A stretch of 64,000 nt of DNA. Source: Alphaproteobacteria bacterium. Its GTDB lineage: Bacteria > Pseudomonadota > Alphaproteobacteria > Bin95. The notes under the pieces were generated by a model. The model did not search any database. It was not told where the DNA came from and saw only the letters and a list, made by a program, of their open reading frames with translations. Position numbers and translations under genes: made by a program. Below, in pieces: positions 1 through 12,221 of the stretch. How positions within the stretch are numbered: position 1 is the first letter of the stretch; each line of letters starts with the position of its first letter. The DNA lies in the NCBI GenBank assembly GCA_965205265.1, contig CBDBGH010000003.1, positions 704,001-768,000 of the forward strand. Reading direction: 5' to 3'.

Positions 1-476
1 GGGCGCACAAGGTCCATCAGCCCCGTGCGCGCCCAGAGCGCGGTGGAGTCGAAACCGGTCTTGCGGGCTTCCGGCCCCGCCTCGCCATAGGCGGAGAGCG
101 AGGCGTAGATCAGCCGGTCGTTGAGGGGCGCTATGTCCTCGTAGCGGAGCTCCAGCTGTTCGCGCACGCGGGGCGGATAGTTGGTGACGAACACATCGGC
201 CGCTGCCGCGAGTTCGCGCAGCACCGCCCGCCCGGCCTCCTGGCGCAAGTCCAGCGCAAGACCGCGCTTCGAGCGGTTGTCCATCATCCATGAATAGTCC
301 ACATGGGACGAAGGAAACCCGGGAAAGGCCGACAGGCCGCGATAGGAATCGCCGGTCGGCGGCTCGACCTTGACGACGTCCGCGCCGAAGTCAGCGAGCA
401 TGGTGGCCGCTACCGGCGCCGCGATGAAGCTGGCCACGTCGAGAACCTTGAGGCCCGCAAGAAGAGGCTCCGCCAT
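1..476 (-). CDS. CaiB/BaiF class III CoA-transferase (5' part, truncated by window edge)
   Basis: Manual translation from ATG at 476: MAEPLLAGLKVLDVASFIAAPVAATMLADFGADVVKVEPP...NRSKRGLALDL...ADVFVTNY, the class III CoA-transferase signature. Confidence 0.9.
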   Translation of the reverse strand, partial: MAEPLLAGLKVLDVASFIAAPVAATMLADFGADVVKVEPPTGDSYRGLSAFPGFPSSHVDYSWMMDNRSKRGLALDLRQEAGRAVLRELAAAADVFVTNYPPRVREQLELRYEDIAPLNDRLIYASLSAYGEAGPEARKTGFDSTALWARTGLMDLVR

Positions 477-497
477 GGCGGCTCGCTCCGGTTGGAT

Positions 498-827
498 TCA
501 GTTCTTGTAGTGGGCCAGAGGCGTGTACTGGCCGTCCTCGTATTCGCCGAACATCTCGTCCACCTGGGGGTGCCGGCAGGGGCGGCCGGACTGGTCTTCG
601 AGAAGGTTCTGCTCGGAGACGTAGGCGATATAGGTCGTCTCCGCGTTCTCTGCGAGCAGGTGATAGAAGGGCTGGTCGCGGCGCGGGCGCACCTCCGCCG
701 GGATCGACTCCCACCATTCCTCGGTGTTGGAGAAGGTCGGATCGACGTCGAAGATCACGCCCCGGAACGGGTAGCGGCGATGCCGCACCACCTGGCCTAT
801 CCCGAACTTGGCTTCCCGCATTTCCAT
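498..827 (-). CDS. hspQ: Heat shock protein HspQ (YccV-like)
   Basis: AKFGIGQVVRHRRYPFRGVIFDVDP...DQPFYHLLAE...YVSEQNL motif. Confidence 0.92.
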   Translation of the reverse strand: MEMREAKFGIGQVVRHRRYPFRGVIFDVDPTFSNTEEWWESIPAEVRPRRDQPFYHLLAENAETTYIAYVSEQNLLEDQSGRPCRHPQVDEMFGEYEDGQYTPLAHYKN

Positions 828-933
828 GGGCTTCTGTCTTCGTCAGGCGAAAGGTCGATGAGTGCGGACGCCCCCGCGCCCCATGGAGAAGAGCATACTG
901 CGGCCGAAGCATCCGGCAAGCGGCCGGACCGGC

Positions 934-2106
934 TCAGCCGGGACGCGACCGTTCCGCGGGCGGGATGAAGGCGATGGCGCAGGCCGCGGCAACGGCGCAG
1001 ACGGCGACCGCGAAGAACGGCCACTCGTAGCTGCCGAGTTCGTCATAGGCGAGGCCGGCCAGCGGCGGGCCGAACAGCGTGCCGATGCCGACGCTCGAAT
1101 AGAGGAGCCCGATGATGGCGCCGACGGAGCGCAGCCCGAACAGGTCCGCGGTCACCGACGGCGCCAGCGCGACGAAGCCGCCGTAGCAAAGCCCGAACAT
1201 GCCGGCGACGGCCGCCAGATGCCAGAACGGCCCGACCAGCATCCATGCCGCCAGCATGGCCCCCATGCCGGCGTAAAGCAGCGAGAGGCAGAGCTTCCGC
1301 CCGATACGGTCCGCCACGGGAGCCAGGACGAAGCGTCCAACCGTGCTGCCGACCCCGACGAGGGGAATGAGGGCGTTCGCCTCGACCAGGGAGAAGCCCC
1401 GGTCGAGCGCATGGGGCACCGCATGCACGAAGGGAATGAAGATGCCGAAGGCGAGCACCAGCGTGGCGAGGTAGAGGATCCAGAATGTGCGCCCGGAGAG
1501 CGCCTCGCCCACCGTGAAGCCCGGCAGGGCGGGGCTGGCGGCCGGCCCGGTCCCCGGCGCGGTTATGAAATGCGCCGCGCCGCCGCCCAGCACGAGCACG
1601 CCGAGGGCCAGCGCCAGATAGGCGAAGCGCCAGTCCGCCGCCTCGATCAGGACGACGGCGATGAGGGGGGCGGCAAGCGTGCCGACGCCGATGCCGGCAA
1701 CGGCGAAACCGGAGGCCATGCCTCTCCTTGCGGTGAACCATCGCTGGACCGCGCCGACCGCCGGCACATAGGCCAGCCCGACCCCGAAGCCGACGCCGAG
1801 TCCGTATCCGAGGCAGACCTGCCAGAGCGTGGTCGCATGGGCGGCGACAAGCAGGCCGGCTCCGACCACGGCCATGCCGGCAATGCAAAGCTCCCGCGGC
1901 CCCATGATGTCGGCGATCCGGCCCGAGACCGCGCCGAAGCCGAAATAGAGAAACGCCGCCAGCGAAAAGACCAGGCTCGTCTCGGCGCGCGTCGCGCCGA
2001 ACTCGCGCTCCAGCGAGGGAAAGAAAGTCGAGAAGGTGTAGGCAGCTCCGAATCCGACGAACAGGACGACGAAGGTCGCCCCGACGACGCCCCAGCCGTT
2101 TCTCAC
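934..2106 (-). CDS. MFS transporter (MCT/OFA-like)
   Basis: About 12 hydrophobic helices, GRIADIMGPR and ADRIGRK motifs; GTG start overlaps the stop of the upstream dioxygenase (GTGA). Confidence 0.88.
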   Translation of the reverse strand: MRNGWGVVGATFVVLFVGFGAAYTFSTFFPSLEREFGATRAETSLVFSLAAFLYFGFGAVSGRIADIMGPRELCIAGMAVVGAGLLVAAHATTLWQVCLGYGLGVGFGVGLAYVPAVGAVQRWFTARRGMASGFAVAGIGVGTLAAPLIAVVLIEAADWRFAYLALALGVLVLGGGAAHFITAPGTGPAASPALPGFTVGEALSGRTFWILYLATLVLAFGIFIPFVHAVPHALDRGFSLVEANALIPLVGVGSTVGRFVLAPVADRIGRKLCLSLLYAGMGAMLAAWMLVGPFWHLAAVAGMFGLCYGGFVALAPSVTADLFGLRSVGAIIGLLYSSVGIGTLFGPPLAGLAYDELGSYEWPFFAVAVCAVAAACAIAFIPPAERSRPG

Positions 2107-2963
2107 GCGGCGGTGGGCCCGATTCCGGCGACGGTCGTGCGATGCATCACACGGCGGTATTTCCCCTTGTTCCAGGGCCGGCCGCGGTGCAGGCAGCAGC
2201 GGTTGTCCCACATGACCAGGTCGCCCTGCCGCCAGCGGTGGGTGTAAGTGTAGCGCTCCTGCACGATACGGTCGGTAAGGCCGCACAGAAAGGCGCGGCT
2301 CTCCTCGACATCGCGGCCGCGTATGTGGCTCGCATGGGCGCCGGCATAGATGTTGCGCCGGCCGTTGGCCGGATTGCTGCGAACCACGGCCTGCGGCACC
2401 GGCGGCGTTTCGCTGCGCTGCGCCTCGTCCACGAGGTCGCCGCGTATCAACCCGCGCGAATAGGCGAAGTCATGGATGGCGACGAGGCCGTCCAGCTCCT
2501 CCTTGAGGGCGTCCTCCAGATCGTCCCAGGCGGCGCGGCCGGTCGCGAATTCCGTTTCGCCCTCTTCGGGAGGCACCTCGCGCCCGGAGAGCAGCGAGGC
2601 CGTCGCGGGCACGCGCTTGAACGAGCTGTCCGTGTGCCACATCTCGTTGCCGGAGTTGTACACATTGCGCCAGTCTTCCACCGGAAGGATCGTGTCGGTT
2701 TCCGGATCGACATTGGAAATGACCGCAATCTCGGATCCCGCGCCGACATTTGAGCGCACCGTGCCTTCCAACGGCCCGAACCGCTTCGAAAATTCGATCT
2801 GCTGCCTGTCGTCTATGTGCTGGCCCCTGAACACCAGAACCGAATAATCGTTGAAAAGACGGGCGATTTCGGCAAAGTCGGAGTTGCTCACGCTCCCGGC
2901 GATATCGACGCCCGAGATTTCGGCGCCGAACACCGGGGTCAGCTGCTTGAAGGTGACGGTCAT
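2103..2963 (-). CDS. TauD/TfdA family Fe(II)/2-oxoglutarate dioxygenase
   Basis: PVFGAEISG, WHTDSSF (HxD), WDNRCCLHRG, RRVMHRTT; start MTVTFKQL at 2963. Confidence 0.92.
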   Translation of the reverse strand: MTVTFKQLTPVFGAEISGVDIAGSVSNSDFAEIARLFNDYSVLVFRGQHIDDRQQIEFSKRFGPLEGTVRSNVGAGSEIAVISNVDPETDTILPVEDWRNVYNSGNEMWHTDSSFKRVPATASLLSGREVPPEEGETEFATGRAAWDDLEDALKEELDGLVAIHDFAYSRGLIRGDLVDEAQRSETPPVPQAVVRSNPANGRRNIYAGAHASHIRGRDVEESRAFLCGLTDRIVQERYTYTHRWRQGDLVMWDNRCCLHRGRPWNKGKYRRVMHRTTVAGIGPTAA

Positions 2964-3017
2964 GGCGTTTCCTCCCGGCGGCGATTGAACCAGCCCGGAA
3001 GGCGCTTGAAAAGAAGC

Positions 3018-5306
3018 ATGGACGCGGACCGCCTGGCAGCCCTGGAAGCGCTGGAGCGCAAAGTGCTCTGGCTGTCTTCCTGGATGATCCATAACGCCAA
3101 CCATCTCCGCGAGAGCCGCGACGGGCTGAAGGTGGGAGGGCACCAGGCGTCCAGCGCTTCGGTCGCCACGATCCTCACGGCGCTCTATTTCGACACGCTG
3201 AAACTGGGCGACCGGGTGGCGGTGAAACCCCATGCAAGCCCGGTCTATCACGCCATCCAGTATCTGCTCGGGCGGCAGTCGCGCGAGAAACTGGAGCGCT
3301 TTCGCGCGTTCGGGGGGGCGCAAAGCTACCCTTCGCGCACCAAGGACAGCGACGACGTCGATTTCTCCACCGGCTCGGTCGGGCTCGGGGTGGGGATCAC
3401 CACATTCGCCTCCATCATGCAGGACTATGTGCGCCTGAAAGGGCTGGGGGACGGCGGCCCCCCCGGACGGATGGTGGCGGTAATGGGCGATGCCGAGATC
3501 GACGAGGGCAATATCTTCGAGGCGATGCTCGAAGGCTGGAAGCACGATGTCCGCAATCTCTGGTGGATCATCGACTACAACCGCCAGAGCCTCGACTCGG
3601 TCGTCACCGACCGCCTGTTCCGGCGCTTCGACGGCATTTTCCGCGCGATGGGATGGCAGGTCCACACGCTCAAATACGGGAAACGCCTTCAGGCGGCCTT
3701 CCGGAAACGGGACGGCAAGGCTCTGGAACGCTGGATCGACGATTGCCCGAACTCCCGCTACTCGGCCCTCGTTTACAAGGGCGGGGCGGCATGGAGAGAG
3801 GCGCTGGAGGACGACCTCGGCCATCTCGCCGGAATCCGCAGTCTGCTGAAGCGCCATGACGACGAGCAGCTGCACGGCCTCATGACCAATCTTGCCGGGC
3901 AGGACATGGCCGCCGTGCTCGAAGGGTTCGCCGCGGTCGAGGACGACCGGCCGACCTGCTTCATCGCCTACACGATCAAGGGCTACGGCCTGCCCTTTGC
4001 GGGCCACAAGGACAACCATGCCGGCCTCATGAATCCGGGCCAGATGGAAGCGTTCCGGGCCTCTGTCGGCATCCGGCCGGGCGAGGAGTGGGAACCCGGG
4101 GCCGGGCTGGACATCGCGCCGGAACGGCTGCATGCGGCGATTGAAGGTTCATCCTTCTTCTGCAGTCCGCCCCGGCGTCGGAAAGCGCCGCCTGTCGTGC
4201 TGCCCGACCGTCTGGAGGCGCCGGCCGGGGCGCGCATGTCCACCCAGGAGGCGTTCGGGCGAATCCTGGTCGAAATCGCCCGGGAAGGCGGGCCGCTCGC
4301 GGACCGTATCGTGACAGCCTCGCCGGACGTCACGGTTTCCACGGGGCTGGGCGGCTGGGTGAACCGGCGCGGCATATTCGCGCGCGAAGTCGTGGAGGAT
4401 GTCTTCCGGGAAGAGAATGTCGTCTCGGCGCAGCGCTGGCGGCAGGGTCCGACCGGCCAGCATGTCGAGCTCGGCATCGCGGAGAACAACCTGTTCCTTT
4501 GCCTGGCCGCGCTCGGCCTTTCGGCGGAGCTTACCGGCGAGCGCCTCTTTCCGGTCGGAACGCTTTACGATCCGTTTATCGCCCGGGGGCTGGACGCCCT
4601 CAACTACGCCGCATACCAGGACGCTCGCTTCATGGTGGTGGCGACGCCCTCGGGAATCACGCTCGCTCCGGAAGGTGGCGCGCACCAGTCCGGCACGACG
4701 CCGAACATCGGCATTGCCCAGCCGGGACTGACCGCGTTCGAGCCGGCTTACGCCGACGAGCTTGCCGCAATCATGCACTGGGGCTTCGACCATATGCAGG
4801 CCGAGGACGGCGGATCGGTTTACCTGCGCCTTTCGACCCGGCCGATCGACCAACCGGAGCGGGAGCCGGATGTTTCAGCCGTGATTTCCGGAGGCTACTG
4901 GCTGGAGCAGCCGGCGGACGGAACCGAACTCGCGATCGTTGCCATGGGGCCGGTGCTTCCCGAAGCCCTGGCGGCGCTTGCGGCAATTCGCGAAGACATC
5001 CCGGGAGCGGGCCTGCTGGCGGTCACCTCCATCGACCGCCTGCATGGCGACTGGCTGGCGCAGGGCGACGGGAGTCGCGTGGCGCAGCTGTTGGGACGGG
5101 TTTCGCGCAGAGGCGGGCTGGTGACCGTCCTCGACGGCCATCCGAGCGCGCTCGGATGGCTCGGCTCGGTTGCCGGACATCGTGTCGAGGCCCTGGGGAC
5201 GACGGATTTCGGCCAGTCGGGCGACATCCCCGACCTTTACCGGGCTCACGGCCTGGATATGGATGCCATTGTCGGTGCGGCTGCGAGGCTCTCGCTGCGC
5301 TCTTGA
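3018..5306 (+). CDS. ThDP-dependent AceE-like 2-oxoacid dehydrogenase E1 / transketolase-like protein
   Basis: KVGGHQASSAS, KPHASP, STGSVGLG, GDAEIDEG, ELGIAENN, EGGAHQS motifs. Confidence 0.85.
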   Translation: MDADRLAALEALERKVLWLSSWMIHNANHLRESRDGLKVGGHQASSASVATILTALYFDTLKLGDRVAVKPHASPVYHAIQYLLGRQSREKLERFRAFGGAQSYPSRTKDSDDVDFSTGSVGLGVGITTFASIMQDYVRLKGLGDGGPPGRMVAVMGDAEIDEGNIFEAMLEGWKHDVRNLWWIIDYNRQSLDSVVTDRLFRRFDGIFRAMGWQVHTLKYGKRLQAAFRKRDGKALERWIDDCPNSRYSALVYKGGAAWREALEDDLGHLAGIRSLLKRHDDEQLHGLMTNLAGQDMAAVLEGFAAVEDDRPTCFIAYTIKGYGLPFAGHKDNHAGLMNPGQMEAFRASVGIRPGEEWEPGAGLDIAPERLHAAIEGSSFFCSPPRRRKAPPVVLPDRLEAPAGARMSTQEAFGRILVEIAREGGPLADRIVTASPDVTVSTGLGGWVNRRGIFAREVVEDVFREENVVSAQRWRQGPTGQHVELGIAENNLFLCLAALGLSAELTGERLFPVGTLYDPFIARGLDALNYAAYQDARFMVVATPSGITLAPEGGAHQSGTTPNIGIAQPGLTAFEPAYADELAAIMHWGFDHMQAEDGGSVYLRLSTRPIDQPEREPDVSAVISGGYWLEQPADGTELAIVAMGPVLPEALAALAAIREDIPGAGLLAVTSIDRLHGDWLAQGDGSRVAQLLGRVSRRGGLVTVLDGHPSALGWLGSVAGHRVEALGTTDFGQSGDIPDLYRAHGLDMDAIVGAAARLSLRS

Positions 5307-5344
5307 GCCAGCCGGCGTTTCGATATAAGTCTCCGCCCCTCCCG

Positions 5345-5430
5345 GCGGGCGTGGCGGAATTGGTAGACGCGCCGGATTTAGGATCCGGTGGCTCGCGGCC
5401 GTGGGGGTTCGAGTCCCTCCGCCCGCACCA
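5345..5430 (+). tRNA. tRNA-Leu (anticodon TAG)
   Basis: GCGGGCG acceptor stem, GGAATTGGTAGAC D-loop, CCGGA-TTTAGGA-TCCGG anticodon arm, long variable arm, GGTTCGAGTCC, CCA end; usual position upstream of tig. Confidence 0.97.
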
Positions 5431-5480
5431 GGGACCGCCTGGCCGGGGGCCATCGACCGCAACCAGTTGAAGCCCTTCAT

Positions 5481-6836
5481 ATGCAGATTACCGAGACACT
5501 CGCCGACGGGCTGAAGCACGACTTCCGCGTTGTCGTGCCGGCCGAAGACCTGCGCTCGAAGATCGACGACAAGCTCGCCGAATACGGCGCGAACATGCGC
5601 CTGCCGGGGTTCAGGCCGGGGAAAGCGCCGTTAAAGATCCTGCGCCAGCGCTTCGGCAGGGCGGTCGAGGGAGAGATTCTCGAAGACACCATCAACCGCG
5701 GCACGCAGCAGGCGATAGAGGAACGGGGCCTGAAGCCGGCGGTCATGCCGCAGATCGACATGGTCTCGGACCTTGCAAACGGGCTGCCGGCCGGGACGGA
5801 CCTCGAATACACGGTCAGCGTCGAGGCGCTGCCGGACATCGAGCCCATCGACTTCGCGTCTCTGGAACTCGAGCGGCTCGAAGCCGAGCCCACCGACGAG
5901 ACCGTGGAAGAGCAAATCGGGCTCATCGCCAGGTCCAGTGCCGAATTGGTGCCCTTGGAGGAGGATCGGGGCGCTGCGGAGGGCGATACGCTGACGCTCG
6001 ATTTCGAAGGCAGGATCGACGGCGAGGCGTTTGCGGGCGGCGCTGCGGAGGACTACGAGATCGAACTCGGCACCGGCGAGTTCATTCCCGGTTTCGAGGA
6101 CCAGCTGGTCGGCGCGCGCGCCGGCGAGTCCCGCGATGTCGAAGTCGAGTTCCCGGAGGAATACAACGCGGCGCATCTGGCCGGCAAAGCCGCGGTGTTT
6201 TCCGTCGAGGTCAAGGAAATCCGGGAGCGGAAGGCCGTCGATCCGGACGACGAGATGGCCAAACGGGTCGGGTTCGACGATCTCGCATCGCTGCGCCAAA
6301 GCGTCGTCGAGCGGATCAAGGGACACTATGGCGGGGTCGCCCGCATGGTCGTCAAAAGGCAGCTCTTCGACCGGCTGGAACAGGAACACGATTTTCCCCT
6401 GCCCGAGAGCATGGTCGAGACCGAATTCGAGTCGATCTGGGGCGAGATCGAGAAGCGGCTGGAGGATTCCGACGCGGCCGAAGAGGTGCGCGAGGGCAAG
6501 ACCGACGATGAGCTGAAGGAGGAGTACAGGAAGGTCGCGGAGCGGCGTATCCGTCTCGGCCTCCTCCTCGCCGAAGTCGGTCGGCAGAACAATATCGAGG
6601 TCAGCCAGGAGGACCTGGAGCGGGCCATGTTCACCCAGTTGCAGCGATACCCCGGGCAGGAACAGGTCGTGATGGACTTCTACCGCAAGAACCCCTCCGC
6701 CCTGTCCCAGTTCGAAGGACCGATTCTGGAGAACAAGGTGGTCGAATTCATTCTCGAACTCGCCCAGGTCACGACCCGCGAAGTGAGCGCCGAGGAGCTG
6801 ATCGCGGCGTCCGAAGGCGTTTCCGAAGAGGAGTAG
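5481..6836 (+). CDS. tig: Trigger factor
   Basis: MQITET start, LPGFRPGKAP ribosome-binding motif, FIPGFEDQLVG FKBP domain. Confidence 0.97.
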   Translation: MQITETLADGLKHDFRVVVPAEDLRSKIDDKLAEYGANMRLPGFRPGKAPLKILRQRFGRAVEGEILEDTINRGTQQAIEERGLKPAVMPQIDMVSDLANGLPAGTDLEYTVSVEALPDIEPIDFASLELERLEAEPTDETVEEQIGLIARSSAELVPLEEDRGAAEGDTLTLDFEGRIDGEAFAGGAAEDYEIELGTGEFIPGFEDQLVGARAGESRDVEVEFPEEYNAAHLAGKAAVFSVEVKEIRERKAVDPDDEMAKRVGFDDLASLRQSVVERIKGHYGGVARMVVKRQLFDRLEQEHDFPLPESMVETEFESIWGEIEKRLEDSDAAEEVREGKTDDELKEEYRKVAERRIRLGLLLAEVGRQNNIEVSQEDLERAMFTQLQRYPGQEQVVMDFYRKNPSALSQFEGPILENKVVEFILELAQVTTREVSAEELIAASEGVSEEE

Positions 6837-6845
6837 GCGGCCGCC

Positions 6846-7478
6846 ATGCGCGATCCGAAGGAAGTCCATATGAACACGCTCGTGCCCATGGTGGTGGAGA
6901 GCACCAACCGGGGCGAACGCGCCTACGACATTTATTCCCGGCTGCTCAAGGAAAGGATCATCTTTCTGACAGGGCCGGTTTTCGATCAGGTGGGCGCGCT
7001 GATTGCAGCGCAATTGCTGTTTCTGGAGGCGGAGAATCCCAGCAAGGACATTTCGTTCTACATCAACTCGCCGGGCGGCGCGGTGACATCCGGCCTCGCG
7101 ATCTACGACACCATGCAGTATATCCGCTGCGACGTCTCGACCGTGTGCATCGGGCAGGCCGCTTCAATGGGGTCGCTGCTGCTGTCCGCCGGGGCGCCGG
7201 GCAAGCGCTACGCACTGCCCAATGCGCGGGTGATGGTGCACCAGCCTTCCGGCGGCTTCCAGGGGCAGGCCAGCGACATAGAGATTCATGCGCGCGAGAT
7301 CCTGGCGCTCCGGGGGCGGCTGAACGAAATCTATGTCAAGCACTGCGGCCAATCGCTTGAAAAGGTGGAAGAAGCCCTCGACCGCGACCGATTCATGAGC
7401 CCGGAGGAAGCCCGGGAATTCGGCATCGTGGACGAGGTGGTCGAACACCGTATCCCGGGCGAAGAGGAATCGGCCTGA
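6846..7478 (+). CDS. clpP: ATP-dependent Clp protease proteolytic subunit
   Basis: [37 protein letters not shown] (alternative start 6870). Confidence 0.98.
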   Translation: MRDPKEVHMNTLVPMVVESTNRGERAYDIYSRLLKERIIFLTGPVFDQVGALIAAQLLFLEAENPSKDISFYINSPGGAVTSGLAIYDTMQYIRCDVSTVCIGQAASMGSLLLSAGAPGKRYALPNARVMVHQPSGGFQGQASDIEIHAREILALRGRLNEIYVKHCGQSLEKVEEALDRDRFMSPEEAREFGIVDEVVEHRIPGEEESA

Positions 7479-7599
7479 AAAGGCTGCTGCAAGCGCGGCA
7501 ATCCATGTCGGCACGGAAAGCGTTGGCCCGGCGGGCAAACCCCGCTAACATGCCGGCGCGGCTTTCGGGCTGCCGCTTCGGGGAATGTTGGGATCGAAG

Positions 7600-8862
<1,263 letters not shown>

Positions 8863-8963
8863 ACGGGCTGCGGCCCCTTCCCAGATAAGGACCGTGCGAG
8901 GCGGTTGTGAAATGATGTCATCGAGGCAGCCTTGCCACTCACAGAGCCTCCCGGGGATGCATC

Positions 8964-11372
8964 ATGAGTAATACCAGCGGCGACCTCTATCCCGTTCTTC
9001 CCTTGCGGGACATCGTCGTCTTCCCGCACATGATCGTGCCGCTCTTCGTCGGGCGCGAGAAGTCCGTGCTGGCTCTCGAAGAGACGATGAAGAACGACAA
9101 GCACATCCTGCTGGTCACGCAGAAGGATGCGGCTACTGACGAGCCCGGTCCGGACGATATTTTCCGGATCGGCACGGTGGGCTCCGTGCTCCAGCTCCTG
9201 AAGCTGCCCGACGGCGCCGTGAAGGTGCTGGTCGAGGGGCAGAGCCGTGCCGAAATCCTGGCCTATACCGAGCGGTCCGAGTTCTTCGAAACGGCGGCCC
9301 GGGACGTTCCGGAAAGCGCCCATGGCGATCCGCAGGAACTGTCCGCGCTGGTCCGCTCCGTGGTCTCGCATTTCGAGAACTATGTGAAGCTCAACAAGAA
9401 AATCCCGCCCGAGGTCGTCGCCACGGTCGGCCAGATCGAAGACCCCTCGAAGCTTGCGGATACGGTGGCGGCGCATCTGAGCCTCAAGATCGCCGAGAAG
9501 CAGGAGCTGCTTGAGACCATACCGGTCTTCGAACGCCTGGAGCGCGTCTATGCCTGCATGGAAGGCGAGATGGATGTGCTCGAGGTCGAGAAACGGGTCC
9601 GCTCGCGCGTGAAGCGGCAGATGGAGCGCACGCAGCGCGAGTACTATCTGAACGAGCAGATGAAGGCGATCCAGAAGGAGCTGGGCGACGGCGGAGAGGG
9701 CCGCGACGAGCTCTCGGAACTCGACGAGAAGATCAAGAACACGCGGCTCTCGAAGGAAGCGGCGGAAAAGGCGACCGCGGAGCTCAAGAAGCTGCGCAGC
9801 ATGAGCCCGATGTCGGCCGAGGCGACCGTCGTGCGCAACTATCTCGACTGGATACTGGGCATTCCCTGGAAGAAACGGACAAGGATAAAGCGGGATGTGC
9901 GCAGGGCGGAGCGCATTCTGGACGAAGACCATTACGGCCTCGAAAAGGTGAAGGAGCGGATCGTCGAATATCTGGCGGTCCAGAACCGCGTCAGGAAGGT
10001 GAAGGGTCCGATCCTCTGCCTGGTCGGTCCGCCCGGAGTCGGCAAGACCTCGTTGGGCAAGTCGATCGCGCGCGCCACGGGCCGCAATTTCGTGCGTATG
10101 TCGCTGGGCGGCGTGCGCGACGAAGCCGAGATCCGCGGACATCGGCGCACCTATATCGGCTCCATGCCCGGCAAGGTGGTCCAGGGCATGAAGAAGGCCA
10201 AATCCTCCAATCCGCTTTTCCTGCTGGACGAGGTGGACAAGCTGGGCGCCGACTGGCGCGGAGACCCGTCGTCGGCGCTTCTGGAGGTGCTCGACCCGGA
10301 GCAGAACGGCACCTTCAACGACCACTATCTCGAAGTGGACTACGACCTGTCGGATGTGATGTTCATCACGACGGCGAATACGCTTCGGCTGCCGCAGCCC
10401 CTGCTCGACCGCATGGAGGTGATCCGCATTCCCGGATACACCGAGGACGAGAAGGTCGAGATCGCCCGCCGCCACCTGATCGACAAGCAGTTGGCCGCAC
10501 ACGGACTCAAGAGCGAGGAGTGGACGATTTCGGACGGCGCGCTGCGCGACCTTATCCGCTACTACACGCGCGAGGCCGGCGTCCGGAATCTGGAGCGCGA
10601 GCTGGCAAACCTGCAGCGCAAGGCGGTGAAGGCGCTGGCGACGAGCGAGGCCGATGCCATCGGGATCGAGAGCGAAAATCTCGAAACCTATGCGGGCGTG
10701 CGCAAATTCCGCTTCGGGCAGACCGAGCTGGAAGACCTGGTCGGCGTGACGACGGGGCTCGCATGGACGGAGGTCGGCGGCGAGATTCTGTCGGTCGAAG
10801 CCGTTGTCATGCCGGGCAAGGGCAATGTGAAGCATACGGGCAAGCTCGGCGACGTGATGCAGGAATCCGTCGAGGCGGCGCGCAGCTTCGTCCGGTCCCG
10901 GATGTTGCGGTTCGGCATTGCGCCGCCGGAGTTCGACCGTCGGGACATCCATGTCCATGTTCCCGAAGGGGCGACACCCAAGGACGGACCGTCGGCGGGC
11001 GTGGCCATGTGCGCGTCGATCGTTTCGGCGTTGACGGGGATTCCGGTTCGCCGCCATGTCGCCATGACCGGAGAGATTACGCTGCGGGGCCGCGTTCTGC
11101 CGATCGGCGGGCTGAAGGAGAAGCTGCTCGCGGCGCTGCGGGCCGGAATCACCACGGTGTTGATCCCCGAGGAAAACATGAAGGACCTCGCGGAGATACC
11201 CGACAATGTGAAGAACAGCCTCGAGATCGTGCCGGTAGAGACCGTCGACGAAGTGCTGGGCCGGGCGCTGACCGATATCCCGACTCCGATAGACTGGCAG
11301 CCTCCGGAAGCACCGGAAACCCCGCCGCCGGCCGTAGAAGGGGCAACGTTCGGAGGGATGGTTACGCATTGA
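8964..11372 (+). CDS. lon: Endopeptidase La
   Basis: [24 protein letters not shown] catalytic Ser, IGGLKEK. Confidence 0.98.
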   Translation: MSNTSGDLYPVLPLRDIVVFPHMIVPLFVGREKSVLALEETMKNDKHILLVTQKDAATDEPGPDDIFRIGTVGSVLQLLKLPDGAVKVLVEGQSRAEILAYTERSEFFETAARDVPESAHGDPQELSALVRSVVSHFENYVKLNKKIPPEVVATVGQIEDPSKLADTVAAHLSLKIAEKQELLETIPVFERLERVYACMEGEMDVLEVEKRVRSRVKRQMERTQREYYLNEQMKAIQKELGDGGEGRDELSELDEKIKNTRLSKEAAEKATAELKKLRSMSPMSAEATVVRNYLDWILGIPWKKRTRIKRDVRRAERILDEDHYGLEKVKERIVEYLAVQNRVRKVKGPILCLVGPPGVGKTSLGKSIARATGRNFVRMSLGGVRDEAEIRGHRRTYIGSMPGKVVQGMKKAKSSNPLFLLDEVDKLGADWRGDPSSALLEVLDPEQNGTFNDHYLEVDYDLSDVMFITTANTLRLPQPLLDRMEVIRIPGYTEDEKVEIARRHLIDKQLAAHGLKSEEWTISDGALRDLIRYYTREAGVRNLERELANLQRKAVKALATSEADAIGIESENLETYAGVRKFRFGQTELEDLVGVTTGLAWTEVGGEILSVEAVVMPGKGNVKHTGKLGDVMQESVEAARSFVRSRMLRFGIAPPEFDRRDIHVHVPEGATPKDGPSAGVAMCASIVSALTGIPVRRHVAMTGEITLRGRVLPIGGLKEKLLAALRAGITTVLIPEENMKDLAEIPDNVKNSLEIVPVETVDEVLGRALTDIPTPIDWQPPEAPETPPPAVEGATFGGMVTH

Positions 11373-11482
11373 TATGCAATCGGGTTCTATATAGTCCCCG
11401 ATTGTGTATCGTTTCTCTGGACGCATGCGGGGAATCGGGTTAGCTACTGCATCGTCCTCAGCAAAGACGGGAGGGAGAAATA

Positions 11483-11755
11483 ATGAACAAGAACGATCTG
11501 GTTGGGGCTGTCGCAGTATCCGCGAACTTGCAACGGGCCGAGGCCGCGCGTGCCGTTGAGGCCGTTTTCGATACGATCAGCAAGGCGCTTGCCGACGGTC
11601 AGGATGTGCGTCTGATCGGTTTCGGGACTTTTTCGGTCGCCCATCGGCCGGCTTCGAAGGCGCGGAACCCCAGGACAGGCGAGACGATCGATGTTGCGCC
11701 GTCGAACCAGCCGAAGTTCAGGGCCGGGAAGGGCCTGAAAGACGCCGTGAATTAA
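11483..11755 (+). CDS. hupB: DNA-binding protein HU
   Basis: MNKNDLV...GFGTFSV...RNPRTGE...PKFRAGKGLKDAVN. Confidence 0.95.
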   Translation: MNKNDLVGAVAVSANLQRAEAARAVEAVFDTISKALADGQDVRLIGFGTFSVAHRPASKARNPRTGETIDVAPSNQPKFRAGKGLKDAVN

Positions 11756-11782
11756 CGGCGGGTCGGGCGAGCCCGGGCCTGG

Positions 11783-11858
11783 GGGCGATTAGCTCAGCCG
11801 GGAGAGCACCTCGTTTACACCGAGGGGGTCGGCGGTTCGATCCCGTCATCGCCCACCA
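11783..11858 (+). tRNA. tRNA-Val (anticodon TAC)
   Basis: GGGCGAT/ATCGCCC acceptor stem, CTCG-TTTACAC-CGAG anticodon arm, GGTTCGATCC, ACCA end. Confidence 0.97.
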
Positions 11859-12221
11859 TTAATGTTTCTGCGCAGCCAATTGACAGTTTTGTTGTCCGGC
11901 CGTTCTTTATGCTTGGTCTGAATTGGCGTGTTGCCGGGTTTGTTCTGAGGGCAGTCCCAACATAGAAGAAGCGTTTTCGCTTTTTTGTGCGATAAAGTGC
12001 CTGCTCCCACCGGCGGTCTGTCCGCTTGCAAAACCGGCTTGTTGCGGGCGCCTGCATAGCGTGTCCCAGACGGTCCCCTGCCGCCTTCCGTGAATTTTTG
12101 CGCCCTGTCATATGGACAAGAGGGCAGGAGGGGCGTTGCTTCGCCCCGGCGGCAGCATGTCGCCGGCGGCGGAATCCGAGAGGGCAGTGCAGGAAACGGA
12201 CGAGCGGCGCCAACGGAATTC

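Noticed and set aside
2103-4133. Extended 676-aa TauD ORF, and similar N-terminal extensions for tig, nuoE, nuoF, birA, rnj and the hydratase
   Set aside because: Extensions overlap neighbouring genes or tRNA; true starts were assigned at family-typical N-termini
11384-11397. GTTCTATATAGTCC upstream of HU resembling a LexA box
   Set aside because: Spacer is 6 nt and the second half-site is GTCC; more likely the -10 region of the HU promoter
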